Positions 43,678 through 55,245 of a stretch of DNA of 64,000 bases are shown here, piece by piece. Source of the stretch: Alphaproteobacteria bacterium (GTDB lineage Bacteria; Pseudomonadota; Alphaproteobacteria; MPNO01; UBA830); contig OZ219791.1 in assembly GCA_964291215.2 (NCBI GenBank), positions 1,344,001 through 1,408,000 of the forward strand. The letters run 5' to 3'. Each line of letters opens with the position of its first letter. The first letter of the stretch is position 1. The translations under genes were made by a program, and so were the position numbers. The notes beneath the pieces were generated by a model. It was not told where the DNA came from, did not search any database, and saw only the letters and a program-made list of their open reading frames with translations.

Positions 43678-45002
43678 TGCGCTGCTTCCTCGCGGCGGGC
43701 ATCGCGGTTCTCTTCCCTGTCCTGGCGTGTGCGCCCGGGCGCGCCGTGAACATCGAGAGGGTGGTGTCGGACAAGGGCGTCACCGCCTGGTTCGTTCGTG
43801 ACCATTCGGTACCCCTGGTTGCGCTGAATTTCGCCTTTCGCCGGTCAGGCACATCCACCGATCCCGACGGCCGGGGCGGCCTGGCGCGCATGGTCTCGGG
43901 CCTTCTCGACGAAGGTGCGGGCGACATGGAGTCCCAGACCTTCCAGCGTTCCGTCGAGGAGATCGCGGCGCGCATGGGGTTTTCCGCCGGGCGGGACGAG
44001 TTCGGCGGACGTCTGCAGACGCTCAGCGCCGAACGCGACCGCGCCTTCGAACTGTTGCGCCTCGCCGTAACCGCACCGCGTTTCGATGCCGAATCGGTCG
44101 CGCGGGTGCGCCGCCAGATGCTCGCCGCGATCCGGAGAGGAGCCGAAAACCCGAGAAGAATCGGTGCCAGGCTGTGGCGCGAGACCCTCTTTCCCGGCCA
44201 CCCCTACGGCCGGCCCGGTTCGGGAACCGCGGAGAGCGTGGCGGCGATCACGGCCGCCGATCTCCGGGAATTCGTCCGCGTTCGTTTCACCCGCGACCGC
44301 CTTGTGGTCGGCGTCGTCGGCGATATCTCGCGGAACGAGCTCCGCGAGCGTCTTGACCGGGTGTTTGGCGATCTCCCGGATGCTGCGCCGCGGTTCTTTG
44401 GAATCGTCCGCACGGCGGCTGCGGGCGCGGGCCGGACCCGGGTGGCCAGGAAGCCAAACCCGCAAAGCATCATGCTGGTCGGGCATCAGGGAATCGGGCG
44501 CGACGACCCCGACTGGTACGCGGCCGCGCTCGTCACTCATGTGCTCGGCGGCGGCCAGGCGTCGCGGCTTTACGGGGAAGTGCGGGAGCGGCGCGGCCTC
44601 GCCTATTCGGTGTCGGCGCGGCTTTCCGCTTCCGATGGCGCTGCGCTGGTGTCGGTACAGCTGTCGACGCGGAATGCGCGGGCCGGCGAATCCCTGGAGA
44701 TCGTGCGATCCGAATGGCGGCGAATAGCCGAGCACGGCATCACCGAGGAGGAGCTTCGCGACGCCAAGAGCTACGTCCAGGGCTCATTCCCGCTGCGGCT
44801 CGATTCCGGGCGCCGGATAGCCGGAATGCTGGTCGGCCTCCAGCTCGCGCGCCTCGGCATCGACTATATCGGACGGCGCGCAGACCTGTTCGAGGGCGTC
44901 ACGCTGAATGACGCCAACCGGGTTGCCCGGAAGCTGTTCCGAGCGCGCGATCTGACGGTCGTCGTGGTCGGTGATCCGGCGGGCGTCGCCGAGGCGCGGT
45001 AG
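43674..45002 (+). CDS. M16 peptidase, non-catalytic subunit
   Basis: LLDEGAG (no HxxEH), HPYG, SRL..EVRERRGLAYSV. Confidence 0.9.
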   Translation: MMRCFLAAGIAVLFPVLACAPGRAVNIERVVSDKGVTAWFVRDHSVPLVALNFAFRRSGTSTDPDGRGGLARMVSGLLDEGAGDMESQTFQRSVEEIAARMGFSAGRDEFGGRLQTLSAERDRAFELLRLAVTAPRFDAESVARVRRQMLAAIRRGAENPRRIGARLWRETLFPGHPYGRPGSGTAESVAAITAADLREFVRVRFTRDRLVVGVVGDISRNELRERLDRVFGDLPDAAPRFFGIVRTAAAGAGRTRVARKPNPQSIMLVGHQGIGRDDPDWYAAALVTHVLGGGQASRLYGEVRERRGLAYSVSARLSASDGAALVSVQLSTRNARAGESLEIVRSEWRRIAEHGITEEELRDAKSYVQGSFPLRLDSGRRIAGMLVGLQLARLGIDYIGRRADLFEGVTLNDANRVARKLFRARDLTVVVVGDPAGVAEAR

Positions 45003-45094
45003 CGCGGCGCCGGAGCACGGCCGCCCTCCGCCCGTCTTCGCCGATTCGGCGTCCGCGCGGGCATTTGCCGCTATATTGCATGCGGGAAACCGGC

Positions 45095-46414
45095 ATGACC
45101 GAATTCTATTTCCAGGAAGTTTCCGGATGTCTGGCGCCGATGGCCGGCGAAGGCGGGCTGAGCAAGCCTGCCTACCGGGATTGTCTTGCGGCGACCGCGG
45201 CTTCCCTCGACCGGCTGCGCGCCGCTCACAAGGACGGCAGCCTGCCGCTGCTGCGCCTTCCCGAACGCCGTGACGATCTCGGCGAGCTTCGCAAGACGGC
45301 GGATCGGTACCGGCGGCAATTCCGGGACGTGATCGTGCTCGGCACCGGCGGCTCGTCCCTGGGCGGGCGGGCTCTCCATGCGCTCGCCCGGTCCGGTGCC
45401 GGGGATGGGTCTGGCGGCCCCGCGCTCCATTTTCTGGAAAATATCGACCCCCTGACCTACGGCACGCTGGCTGACGCGCTGCTGTCCCCGTCGAGGGCCG
45501 AAACCACCGGCGTAATCTCCATTTCCAAGTCCGGTTCGACCGCGGAGACCATGCTCCAGACCGCGCTGGTCGTCGACAGGCTGCGCGCCGCCGTCGGGAA
45601 GGAGCGAATCCGCGATCATCTGGTCGTGATCACGGAGCCCGGACAGAGTTCGCTGGCAATCCTGGCCGATCGGTTCGGGGTTCGCCGCATCGATCACGAT
45701 CCCGATGTCGGCGGACGGTTCGCCGTGCTTTCCGGTGTCGGCCTTCTGCCCGCGATCATCGCCGGGCTGGATGCGGAGCTGATCCGGAAGGGGGCGGAAT
45801 GGGTCCTGGCGCCGGTTCTGGCCGGCAGCGACCTGGAGGCCGTTCCGCCGGCGGTCGGCGCCGCGGTGGCTGTCGGGCTTGCCCGCCGCCGTGGCGTGTC
45901 GGCGTCGGTCATGATGCCCTATTGCGACCGGCTGTCCCTGTTCTCACGTTGGTACGGTCAGCTCTGGGCCGAGAGCCTGGGCAAGGACGGCTGCGGCACG
46001 GCGCCGATCGCGGCGCTCGGCGCCGTCGACCAGCACAGCCAGCTCCAGCTCTATCTCGACGGTCCCGCGGACAAGATGTATTCGCTGATTTTGACCGGGT
46101 GCCAGGGCCTTGGCGACCCGATCGCCGATGATCTGGCGGCCATTGAGGGATTGTCCTATCTCAAGGACAAGACCCTGGGTGATCTCATGGACGCTGAAGG
46201 CCGGGCGACGGCGGCAACGCTGATTCGCCGCGAGCGCCCGACCCGCGTATTGCGGCTCGACCGGGTCGACGAAGGGGTGGTCGGGGCCCTGATGATGCAT
46301 TTCATGCTCGAGACCATCATCGCCGCCGACCTCCTCGCCGTGAACGCCTTCGATCAGCCGGCCGTCGAGGACGGCAAGCGGCTGGCGCGCCAGTTGCTGG
46401 TGGAGGAGATATGA
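45095..46414 (+). CDS. pgi: Glucose-6-phosphate isomerase
   Basis: [47 protein letters not shown]. Confidence 0.93.
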   Translation: MTEFYFQEVSGCLAPMAGEGGLSKPAYRDCLAATAASLDRLRAAHKDGSLPLLRLPERRDDLGELRKTADRYRRQFRDVIVLGTGGSSLGGRALHALARSGAGDGSGGPALHFLENIDPLTYGTLADALLSPSRAETTGVISISKSGSTAETMLQTALVVDRLRAAVGKERIRDHLVVITEPGQSSLAILADRFGVRRIDHDPDVGGRFAVLSGVGLLPAIIAGLDAELIRKGAEWVLAPVLAGSDLEAVPPAVGAAVAVGLARRRGVSASVMMPYCDRLSLFSRWYGQLWAESLGKDGCGTAPIAALGAVDQHSQLQLYLDGPADKMYSLILTGCQGLGDPIADDLAAIEGLSYLKDKTLGDLMDAEGRATAATLIRRERPTRVLRLDRVDEGVVGALMMHFMLETIIAADLLAVNAFDQPAVEDGKRLARQLLVEEI

Positions 46415-48210
46415 CGATACGCCTGCTGCCGGAGACGCTGGTCAATCGCATAGCTGCGGGCGAGGTAATCGAACGGCCGTCCGCGGCGGTGAAGGAACTC
46501 GTCGAAAACGCGATCGATGCCGGGGCCCGGCATGTCGACACTATGCTCGAGGATGGTGGCCGGGCTATGATCTCGGTGACCGATGACGGGCGCGGCATGA
46601 CGGCCGACGAGCTCGCGCTTGCGGTCGAGCGCCATGCGACGTCGAAGCTCCCGGGCGAGGATCTGGTCAACATCGCCACGTTGGGGTTTCGCGGAGAGGC
46701 GCTGCCGTCGATCGGCGCGGTCTCGTGGCTTCGCATCATCAGCCGGGTGGACGGCGCGGCGGACGGGTTCTCGATCGAGATCTATGCCGGCCGCAAGAGA
46801 AAGGTTATGCCTGCCGCGCTGCGTGGCGGCACACGGGTCGAGGTGCGCGACCTCTTCCACGCGACGCCGGCCCGTCTCAAGTTCCTGAAGGCCGCCCGTA
46901 CCGAACTGAACCATGCCGCCGATGCGGTGAAGCGCCTGGCGATGGCGCATCCCGGGGTGGCGTTCTCGCTCGCCGATGGAGAGCGCAACAGGTTTAGCTA
47001 CGGCCCGGCGCACGGCGATCTGCTGACGGCGCGGCTCGATCGGCTGTCCGCCGTGATGGGGCGCGAGTTCGGAGAGAATTCGGAAGCCGTCGATATCGAG
47101 CGCGAGGGAATCCGGCTGACCGGTTTCGCCGGGCTTCCCACCCTCAGCCGCGGCAGCGCGCAGGCCCAGTATCTGTTCGTCAACGGCCGCCCGGTCCGCG
47201 ATCGCCTGTTGCTCGGTGCGGTGCGGGGGGCCTATCAGGACTTCCTCGCGCGCGACCGCCACCCGATGGTCGCGCTGTTCCTTGAAATCGGCCCGGACGC
47301 CGTGGACGTCAATGTCCATCCGGCCAAGGCCGAGGTGCGGTTCCGGGATGCCGGGCTTGTGCGCGGGCTGATCGTGAGCGGGTTGCGCCACGCCCTGGAG
47401 GCGACCGGGCATCGCGCCTCGACCACGGTGGCAAGTGCTGCGATCGACGCCTTCCGGCCGGAATTTGGCGCCGGCCGCCAATGGATGCGCACACGGGGGC
47501 GGTCGGCCGCGAAGGGGCGGAACGGAGCCGGAGCGCCGGAACCGCCACAGACCCCGGCGATGGCGGGCCTTGATGCGCCGTCGGTATCAGTTGCGCGTGA
47601 CGAGCCCGAGGGTGCCGGCGCGAAGGAGGGTTTTCCGCTCGGCGCAGCGCGGGCGCAGCTGCACGGGACGTATATTGTTGCCCAGACCGCTACTGGCATC
47701 GTCATCGTCGACCAGCATGCCGCTCACGAACGTTTGGTTTATGAGCGCATGAAGGCGCTGCTCGACGCGGAGGGCGTGGAGAGGCAGGGGCTCCTGATTC
47801 CCGAGGTCGTGGAACTCGACGAGGCCGCGGCTGATCGCCTGTGCAGCCGGTCTGACGAGTTCGAGGAGCTCGGACTCGTCATCGAGAGATTCGGGCTGGG
47901 CGCGGTCGTCGTCCGCGAGGTGCCGGCGCTGCTCGGCGGCGGCGATGTCGGCGCGCTGGTCCGCGATCTTGCTGACGATCTCGCGGAATACGGCGACGGG
48001 TTGAGGCTTCGCGACCGCCTCGAGGACGTGTGCTCGGCCATGGCGTGCCATGGGAGCGTGCGCGCCGGACGGCGGCTGAACGCGGATGAAATGAACGCGC
48101 TGCTGCGCGAAATGGAGGCGACGCCCCATTCGGGCCAGTGCAATCATGGCCGCCCGACCTACGTGTCCCTTGAGCTTCCGGACATCGAGCGCCTGTTTGG
48201 TCGCCGTTGA
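46411..48210 (+). CDS. mutL: DNA mismatch repair endonuclease MutL
   Basis: [45 protein letters not shown]. Confidence 0.97.
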   Translation: MTIRLLPETLVNRIAAGEVIERPSAAVKELVENAIDAGARHVDTMLEDGGRAMISVTDDGRGMTADELALAVERHATSKLPGEDLVNIATLGFRGEALPSIGAVSWLRIISRVDGAADGFSIEIYAGRKRKVMPAALRGGTRVEVRDLFHATPARLKFLKAARTELNHAADAVKRLAMAHPGVAFSLADGERNRFSYGPAHGDLLTARLDRLSAVMGREFGENSEAVDIEREGIRLTGFAGLPTLSRGSAQAQYLFVNGRPVRDRLLLGAVRGAYQDFLARDRHPMVALFLEIGPDAVDVNVHPAKAEVRFRDAGLVRGLIVSGLRHALEATGHRASTTVASAAIDAFRPEFGAGRQWMRTRGRSAAKGRNGAGAPEPPQTPAMAGLDAPSVSVARDEPEGAGAKEGFPLGAARAQLHGTYIVAQTATGIVIVDQHAAHERLVYERMKALLDAEGVERQGLLIPEVVELDEAAADRLCSRSDEFEELGLVIERFGLGAVVVREVPALLGGGDVGALVRDLADDLAEYGDGLRLRDRLEDVCSAMACHGSVRAGRRLNADEMNALLREMEATPHSGQCNHGRPTYVSLELPDIERLFGRR

Positions 48211-48684
48211 GGTTATCTGCCGAAGCGCACGGACTTCCGCAGGGTGACCGATGATGAGGTCCGGGGGTCCAGAATGTTCTGAAGGTGCGTCCGAGGAAGG
48301 TGCTGCGCTACCGGACACCGGAGGATGCGTCCAGGGAGGCGCGGCCGCCCTGAACGGTCCCTTCGGCGGGGCGGAAAAGGAAATCCACGGTCGCTGTCCG
48401 TCCGGTCTCCGGGGCTGCGCTCTCCCTGCGGGAAGGGCTGGGCATCGCGTTTCGGAGTGGAACCGGGATCGGTGGCGTTACAATATGTTACCCGAACTCC
48501 GTCGGCCTGAAATACTCCAGCAACATCGGCGTGGCAGCATGAGAATTCGGACTGGGGCGGAGTGTGCGGCCATCACCTTGGCGTTTCGTCCGTCCTCGTC
48601 GAGGACGAAGCCTGTCCCGCCAGCCGCAATCTCGCTAGGGCGGAGAAGCTGCTCCGCACCGCTCGAACACTGAATGGAGAAGCC

Positions 48685-49260
48685 ATGAGCAAACGCATTC
48701 TTGCCGCTGTCCTGGGCGCGTCCGTGCTGGCGTTTTCGGCCGCGAGAGCTGGCGCCGCCGAATACCGGATCGATCCGGCCCACAGCGTCGTTCAGTTCAA
48801 GATCTCCCATCTCGGCTATTCTTGGATGATTGGTGTCTTTGACAGGATTTCCGGCAGCTTCACCTACGACCCGGTTGCGGGGCCGGGCGGACAGAAGGTC
48901 TCGGTCGAGATCGATACTGCCAGCATCGACACCGGCCATGCCGAGCGCGACAAGCATCTGCGCTCGCCAGGCTTCCTGAACGTGAGGAAGTTTCCCGAGG
49001 CGCGCTTCGTCAGCACCGACTACGAAGGCGACGCTAGGGGCGGCATGATGAAGGGGAACCTGACTCTGATGGGCATCACGAAACCCATCGCCATCGCGGT
49101 GAAGACGGTGGGCGAGGGCAACGATCGCTGGGGCGGCTACCGGGCCGGTTTCGAGGGTACGGTAACGATCAACCGGAGGGACTTCAACGCCGGGCGCAAC
49201 CTCGGCCCGGCCTCGGAATCGATGGATTTCTTCCTGTCCCTCGAAGGAATACGCCAATAG
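48685..49260 (+). CDS. yceI: YceI family protein
   Basis: Y.IDPAHS.VQF..HLG.S..G.F, RD.HLRS..F, GFE..INRRDF. Confidence 0.9.
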   Translation: MSKRILAAVLGASVLAFSAARAGAAEYRIDPAHSVVQFKISHLGYSWMIGVFDRISGSFTYDPVAGPGGQKVSVEIDTASIDTGHAERDKHLRSPGFLNVRKFPEARFVSTDYEGDARGGMMKGNLTLMGITKPIAIAVKTVGEGNDRWGGYRAGFEGTVTINRRDFNAGRNLGPASESMDFFLSLEGIRQ

Positions 49261-49279
49261 CGTCGGCGGAGGCTTCGCC

Positions 49280-49855
49280 ATGTGGAGGAACCGCCGGGAC
49301 AGTTACGGCTTGGTCTCCATAGGCTTTCACTGGGCGATTGCGCTTGCCATGCTCGGGCTGGTCGGGCTCGGCGCATGGATGGTGGGGCTCACCTACTACG
49401 ATCCGTGGTCCAACCGCTCGCTCGCGCTTCACAAGGCGTTCGGAATCCTGGTGCTGGTGCTTGTGGCGGCCAAGTTCGGCTGGCGGATCGTCGATCCGGG
49501 CCCTTCCTTCGGGCCGGAGGTCAAACGTTACGAACGCGTTGGCGCCACGGCGATGCACTGGCTCCTCAACGCGTTCATCCTGCTTCTGCCGGCGACGGGC
49601 TACCTGATCTCGACCTCGGAGGGGGCAGGCATTGACGTTTTCGGGCTGTTCGAGGTTCCTGCGCTTTTCGACGTGTCTGAGGGCACCCGCAACCTCGCCA
49701 TCGAGCTCCACTTCTACCTGGCCTATGGCCTCATCGCGCTCGTGGCCCTTCACGCCGGAGCGGCGCTCAAGCATTACCTGGTAGACAGGGGATCGACCTT
49801 GCGGCGCATCCTGATCCCTCGTTCCACCTCGCGCGGGACCGGTCGATCTGCCTGA
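49280..49855 (+). CDS. Cytochrome b561 (YceJ-like)
   Basis: YG.VS..FHW, HK.FG, H..H heme ligands, HAGAALKH. Confidence 0.88.
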   Translation: MWRNRRDSYGLVSIGFHWAIALAMLGLVGLGAWMVGLTYYDPWSNRSLALHKAFGILVLVLVAAKFGWRIVDPGPSFGPEVKRYERVGATAMHWLLNAFILLLPATGYLISTSEGAGIDVFGLFEVPALFDVSEGTRNLAIELHFYLAYGLIALVALHAGAALKHYLVDRGSTLRRILIPRSTSRGTGRSA

Positions 49856-50028
49856 TGCGGCTCCTGCATCCGGGCCGAAACGCGCGGGCGGTCGCCCGGT
49901 TGCCTGTTTCGTGCGGCGCTTCGATGGGACAACGCTCTGGATCCTGTCGTTTCTTCGACAACGGCGGAAATCGATGAAGTCCCGGGCAGGGACATGAAGG
50001 CCACGGCAGGGAGTATTCGAAAGGCCGA

Positions 50029-51081
50029 TCAGGACACAGCGTCAAGCGACGGATCGATCACGACCTTTCCGGTATTCTGCCGCCGCTCGACAAGTTCCTG
50101 AGCCTCCCGTGCCTGGCTCAGCGGTATAATCCGGTCGATCGGAATCGAAACCAGACCCTCCTCGGCGAGCAGCAGTGAACGCTCTACGCCTTGCGCGGCC
50201 ATGTCGGCTCCACCAAGAATCGAGAGGCGTTTGAGATACAACTGCTGTACATCCAGCGCAACAACGCCGCCGCCATGCGCGCCCGCGGTGACCAGTCTGC
50301 CGCCGCGTCCGAGGCTGTTGAACGCACCTATCCATAGTTCGGGATCGGCGATGTTCTCCACCACCACGTCGACGCCCCTGCCATCAGTCAGTTTCATCGC
50401 TTCGCCGGCGAGGTCGCGTGTCTGGTAATTGATCCCCGAAACCGCTCCCATTCCGACGGCAGCTGCAACCCTTTGTTCGGATCCCGCAGCTGCGATGACC
50501 ATCGCACCCATGTGGCGGGCCAGCTGGACCGTCGCGCTGCCCAGGCCCCCCGCAGCGCCCATTACCAGGACCCATTCCCCGTGTTGCAGACGTGCCAGAT
50601 CTTCCAGAAGATACATGGCGACAGGAAGGTGACGCGCGGTCACGGTGGCTTCTCCATAGCCCAGCCCTTCCGGAATCAAATAGGTGTTGCGGGCGGGCAC
50701 CGCGACACGTTCTGCATAGCCGCCCCAGCAGTCGACGCCGAGCATCCTGTTGTCGCGGCACGCGCGCCAATTGTCTTCGAGGCATGCGGAGCACTGACTG
50801 CATCCGAGAATGAAGTCTGCCCAGACCCGGTGTCCGGTCCTGCGGCCCTCGACCGCAGCGCCCACGGCAACTATGACCCCGGCCGGGTCCACGCCTGGAA
50901 CATGGGGAAAGTGGATCGCTCGGGGATAACGGCCTTCGCGGGTCGCGATGTCGAGCGTGGGGTTGACGGACACGGCATGGACCTCGATCACGACTTCGTC
51001 GGGCGCCGGAACCGGCTCGGGAACTTCTTCGAGAGCAAGTACCTCGGGTCCGCCGTGGGTTCTGATCACGATCGCCTTCAC
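50029..51081 (-). CDS. Zinc-binding MDR dehydrogenase/quinone reductase
   Basis: HGGPEVL, C..C..C..C, GAAGGLG; GTG start with a strong RBS. Confidence 0.88.
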   Translation of the reverse strand: MKAIVIRTHGGPEVLALEEVPEPVPAPDEVVIEVHAVSVNPTLDIATREGRYPRAIHFPHVPGVDPAGVIVAVGAAVEGRRTGHRVWADFILGCSQCSACLEDNWRACRDNRMLGVDCWGGYAERVAVPARNTYLIPEGLGYGEATVTARHLPVAMYLLEDLARLQHGEWVLVMGAAGGLGSATVQLARHMGAMVIAAAGSEQRVAAAVGMGAVSGINYQTRDLAGEAMKLTDGRGVDVVVENIADPELWIGAFNSLGRGGRLVTAGAHGGGVVALDVQQLYLKRLSILGGADMAAQGVERSLLLAEEGLVSIPIDRIIPLSQAREAQELVERRQNTGKVVIDPSLDAVS

Positions 51082-51234
51082 GTTGTTCCTCCTCCTGCCC
51101 GCGGGTTCAGAGCGAAATTTCGCGCGAGGCAGGCGCTCCGGTTCCATGGCTGGCAGCGCAGATAATCTGGCGCACCTGCGAGCCAGCCACTAGAGTAGAC
51201 TATGAACCTGCAACTGTCGTCGGAAGGAACTGTC

Positions 51235-52296
51235 ATGAAGAGCTTTTTGTGTCTGCTGCCGATGGCCGCCGCCGCCGTCCTGTCCTCGTCCGCGCTGGCC
51301 AAATCCGTCAAGATCACGGTCGCCGCGGCTCCGCCCGAAGCGGTCACCTTCGTCGGCACGTTCAAGAACATCGTTGCGAAGCGGATCAATGAACGCCTCG
51401 CCGAGGAAGCCGGCGGGTTCCAGATCGAATGGAACCACGCCTATGCTCAGTCCCTGGCGAAGTTCAACGAGGTTTTCGAAACCGTCGAAGAGGGTATCGC
51501 CGGAGTTGGGCTTGTCCTGAAGAACTTTGAGCCGTCCAATCTGCCGCTTGAGGCCTACACGGTTCATGCGCCGTTTGTCTCAACCACGCGTCTCCAACTC
51601 GTCCAGATCGACGGGAACCTGCGCAAGAAGATCCCGGAACTGAATGCCGCCTACGAGGAGCATGATCAGGTGTTCATTCAGAGTGGAATCAACGATTCCA
51701 TGCAACTGTTCACCAAGTTCCCCGTCACCAAGTTTGAAGACCTGAAGGGCCGGAAAATGGGATCGAGCGGGACCTTTGCGCAATGGTTGCGTGGAACAGG
51801 GGCGGTGACTGTCAACTCCTCCATGAACCAGTCCTACACCAACATCAAGAACGGCGTCTACGAAGGATACCCCATTTCCACGATCCTGAGCTTTGTATAC
51901 AAGACATGGTCCGCCGCACCCTATTTCACCCGTGTTGACTTCGGGCCGACGGTCACGTCGGGGATCACCTTCAATGCTGGCGTCTGGAAGGGCCTGCCGG
52001 AGAAGGTGCAGCAGATCATACGCGAAGAGGCTGCAAAGTGGCCGGGCTATCAGGAAAAGGTGGACAACGGCAAGCGGGCCAAGTTCGAAGGCATCATGAG
52101 GAAACAGGGTGTCAAGTTTAGTGTCCTGCCTGAAACCGAACGCAGCAAATGGGCCATGGCCATGCCGAATATTGCGAGGGAATGGGCCGAACGGCTCGAA
52201 AAGCGCGGACTTCCTGCCACCAGGCTCATGGCGGCCTACATGGCTGAATTGCAGGCCGCCAACGTCCGGGTCGCCAGGAACTGGATTCGGGAGTAG
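51235..52296 (+). CDS. TRAP DctP-type substrate-binding protein
   Basis: Signal peptide, EDLKG.K, W..LPE..Q..I; upstream of the DctQM fusion. Confidence 0.85.
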   Translation: MKSFLCLLPMAAAAVLSSSALAKSVKITVAAAPPEAVTFVGTFKNIVAKRINERLAEEAGGFQIEWNHAYAQSLAKFNEVFETVEEGIAGVGLVLKNFEPSNLPLEAYTVHAPFVSTTRLQLVQIDGNLRKKIPELNAAYEEHDQVFIQSGINDSMQLFTKFPVTKFEDLKGRKMGSSGTFAQWLRGTGAVTVNSSMNQSYTNIKNGVYEGYPISTILSFVYKTWSAAPYFTRVDFGPTVTSGITFNAGVWKGLPEKVQQIIREEAAKWPGYQEKVDNGKRAKFEGIMRKQGVKFSVLPETERSKWAMAMPNIAREWAERLEKRGLPATRLMAAYMAELQAANVRVARNWIRE

Positions 52297-52327
52297 CCCG
52301 GCAATCAACTGAGCGGGCAGCGCTGCG

Positions 52328-54259
52328 GTGAACGGCCAGCGGCACGCGTTCGTGGCGCGCCAGTTCGATGTACTGGTTTCGCTTTTCAACGGGGGCGGGA
52401 GTGTTTGGATCTTCTGCCTCATGGCCATTCTGTGTGCCGATGTCCTGGCTCGCTGGCTGTTCAACGCCCCGATCAACGGCGTCCCGCTTCTTGTCGAACT
52501 GTCCATTCTGATGATCGTGTTCATGCAGCTTCCGGCTGCCATTCGAAGCAACCGGCTGACACGGTCCGATATTCTCCTGTCACGGCTCTTGCGCGACCGG
52601 CCATCCGTCGGGTTGTCGCTCAGCGCCGCCTATGATGCTCTGGGCGTGGGGCTGATGGTCATCGTGTTCCACTATACCCTGCCCATTTTTGCCAAGGTCT
52701 GGCGGCGCAATACCTTTGAAGGGCTTGAGGGGGATTTCGCCCTACCTGGATGGCCCTTCAAGCTGTTGATCCTGATCGGTTCGGCCATGTGCGCGGTGCA
52801 GTTTGGCCGTTCGCTATTGCGCAGCTTGCGGCAACTGGTAAATCGTCGGGACGAGAAGGCCTTGGAAGCTGCGCGGTTGGTGAGTCTCGGAGCGCTGCTT
52901 CTGGCCGCCGCCGCCGCTTTGTTCGTTCTGGCCCGTGTGACGGATATCGGTGCTGCAGGTGTCGGCGTCATCTCCATCTTTCTGGTTCTTCTTTTCGTGT
53001 ATGCGGGCACCCATGTGGGTGTGGCGCTGGCGCTGATTTCGTTTGCCTGTCTTTGGGTGGTCAGGGACGATCCCGTGATTGCCGGCAAACTGCTCGCGCT
53101 GTCTGTTGGAGAAAGCATGCAGGAGTACGAGTTCGGCGTGATCCCGCTATTCGTATTCATGGGCTTGCTCGTCAGCGTGTCCGGAATCGGCACGGACACC
53201 TACGATGTCGCCAATCATCTGTTCCGGAAAGTGAGAGGGGGTCTTGGGACGGCGACGGTGGGAGCGAACGCCGTCTTTGCCGCCGTTACGGGAACCAGCA
53301 TTGCGTCTGCGTCGGTGTTTACCCGGGTTGCGGTGCCGGAAATGCTCCGCCTCGGTTATCGTCCGCGGTTTTCGGTGGGCGTGGTTGCCGGCAGTTCCGT
53401 ACTCGGAATGCTCATCCCGCCCAGCCTGTTGCTGATCATCTTCGGCATCCTCGCCGAGCAGTCCATCGGAGATCTGTTCATTGCCGGGATCATTCCCGGC
53501 TTGGTGCTGACCCTGGCCTACTTCGTGCTGATCTGGATCATGGCACACCGGTTCCCTGGCAAGGTCGCGACGCTGGCGGCCCTGAGCGCGGAACGGGAGT
53601 CCTTGATGAGTGTCCGGGCGCTGATCGTGAAAAGCGCCCCTATCGTTCTCCTGATCGCCCTCGTTCTTGGCGGCATCTACGGTGGCGTGTTCACGGCTAC
53701 CGAGGCAGGTGGAATGGGGGCGCTGGGCGCCTTGTGCCTCGCCCTTTTCAAGCGGAAGCTGAATCGCCGGAACTTGTGGGAAGCTCTTTCGGAAACGGGG
53801 CACGTCACGGCTTCCATCAGTTTCCTCCTCGTTTCGGCCCATATCTATTCCCGTATGATCGCCCTGACCGGGATCCCGAATCTCATGGAAGCCTGGGTCG
53901 AATCTTCGGGTCTGGGGCTGGCCGGGTTGTTGGCGATATACATCGCGGCCATCATTCTCATGGGAACGATTCTAGATGCCGGTTCGATCATGCTGATCAC
54001 GGTTCCGCTCGCAATTCCGGTACTCGCGCCCTTCGGTGTCGATTTGATCTGGTTCGGGATCGTGACCATCATTGCGGTCGAGATCGGTTTGCTCACGCCG
54101 CCGCTCGGTCTTGCCTGTTTCGTCATTCACAACAACCTCGCGGACGACAGGATTCGCATCGAGGATGTATTCTGGGGCGCCGTGCCATTCGCCATCACCA
54201 TGTTTGTCGTCCTGATGCTGGTGGTCTTCGTCCCTGAGCTTGCAACGACCCTGGTCTGA
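52328..54259 (+). CDS. Fused TRAP DctQ-DctM permease
   Basis: N-terminal 4TM domain, then IPLFVFMG, LIPPS, FTATEAG, EIGLLTPPLG. Confidence 0.9.
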   Translation: MNGQRHAFVARQFDVLVSLFNGGGSVWIFCLMAILCADVLARWLFNAPINGVPLLVELSILMIVFMQLPAAIRSNRLTRSDILLSRLLRDRPSVGLSLSAAYDALGVGLMVIVFHYTLPIFAKVWRRNTFEGLEGDFALPGWPFKLLILIGSAMCAVQFGRSLLRSLRQLVNRRDEKALEAARLVSLGALLLAAAAALFVLARVTDIGAAGVGVISIFLVLLFVYAGTHVGVALALISFACLWVVRDDPVIAGKLLALSVGESMQEYEFGVIPLFVFMGLLVSVSGIGTDTYDVANHLFRKVRGGLGTATVGANAVFAAVTGTSIASASVFTRVAVPEMLRLGYRPRFSVGVVAGSSVLGMLIPPSLLLIIFGILAEQSIGDLFIAGIIPGLVLTLAYFVLIWIMAHRFPGKVATLAALSAERESLMSVRALIVKSAPIVLLIALVLGGIYGGVFTATEAGGMGALGALCLALFKRKLNRRNLWEALSETGHVTASISFLLVSAHIYSRMIALTGIPNLMEAWVESSGLGLAGLLAIYIAAIILMGTILDAGSIMLITVPLAIPVLAPFGVDLIWFGIVTIIAVEIGLLTPPLGLACFVIHNNLADDRIRIEDVFWGAVPFAITMFVVLMLVVFVPELATTLV

Positions 54260-54287
54260 TTCCGGCGCGTTCCGGGAGGAGAAACCC

Positions 54288-55226
54288 ATGAAATTGCTTA
54301 CCATCGAAACGTCCAGCGGTCTCCATCCCGGACTGCTTCTGGCGGACCGGCAGATTCTCGACCTTGCGACCGCACCCGGAGGGTTGTATCCGGACGCTTG
54401 GCGGCCCGCTTCGGTCCGGGACATTCTGGAAGGTGGCGAAAGCCGCCTTGACGCCGTGCAGCATGTGTCGGACGCGGCCGAAGCGGATCTCGATGCATGC
54501 CAGCCGGCATTGTCGGCGCTGCCCGAAGCCAGCCTGCTGCCGCCGGTGCCGGATCCTTGGCTGGTATTTTCCGTCGGCATGAATTACGGCCGCCATCTTG
54601 CCGAGATGGGGAACACGCCACGGCCGGCGCATCCCGCGGGTTTCATCAAGACCCGGGATTCCCTTCTGGGTTCGGGAAAACCGATCAATGTCCCGCCCCA
54701 GTGTCCGGACATGATCGACTACGAGGGAGAGTTCTGTTTCGTGTTTGGCCGGGCCTGCCACAACATCAGTGAAGACGAGGCGATGGACTATGTGGCGGGG
54801 TATACGATCGCCAACGATGTGTCTGCGCGGGACTGGATTCCCGACATACGTTCCGGAGAGCCGCCGTTCGGACCGATTCACGGCTGGGAGCGCAATATTA
54901 TGGGCAAGAACTTGCCGGGCTTCACGCCCTGCGGCCCCGTCATCGTCACCGCGGACGAGATTCCCGATCCTCACGATCTTCATCTCCAGACCAGGCTGAA
55001 TGGCGAGGTCATGCAGGATACGCGAACGGATGACCTGATCTTTAAGCTGCCGGAGATCATTTCCTACTACTCCAGATGGTACAGATTCCATCCGGGGGAC
55101 ATCGTGACGACGGGTTCGCCGTCCGGTGTCGGCGTGGGCCGCACGCCGTCAGTTTTCATGAAGCCGGGTGATGTGGTCGAGGTGGAGATCGAGGGGATCG
55201 GAATCCTCGGTAACCACCTGGTTTGA
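54288..55226 (+). CDS. Fumarylacetoacetate hydrolase family protein
   Basis: GMNY..H, DYEGE, GYTIANDVSARD, GDIVTTGSPSGVG. Confidence 0.92.
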   Translation: MKLLTIETSSGLHPGLLLADRQILDLATAPGGLYPDAWRPASVRDILEGGESRLDAVQHVSDAAEADLDACQPALSALPEASLLPPVPDPWLVFSVGMNYGRHLAEMGNTPRPAHPAGFIKTRDSLLGSGKPINVPPQCPDMIDYEGEFCFVFGRACHNISEDEAMDYVAGYTIANDVSARDWIPDIRSGEPPFGPIHGWERNIMGKNLPGFTPCGPVIVTADEIPDPHDLHLQTRLNGEVMQDTRTDDLIFKLPEIISYYSRWYRFHPGDIVTTGSPSGVGVGRTPSVFMKPGDVVEVEIEGIGILGNHLV

Positions 55227-55245
55227 AACGAGTGGAGAACGGATC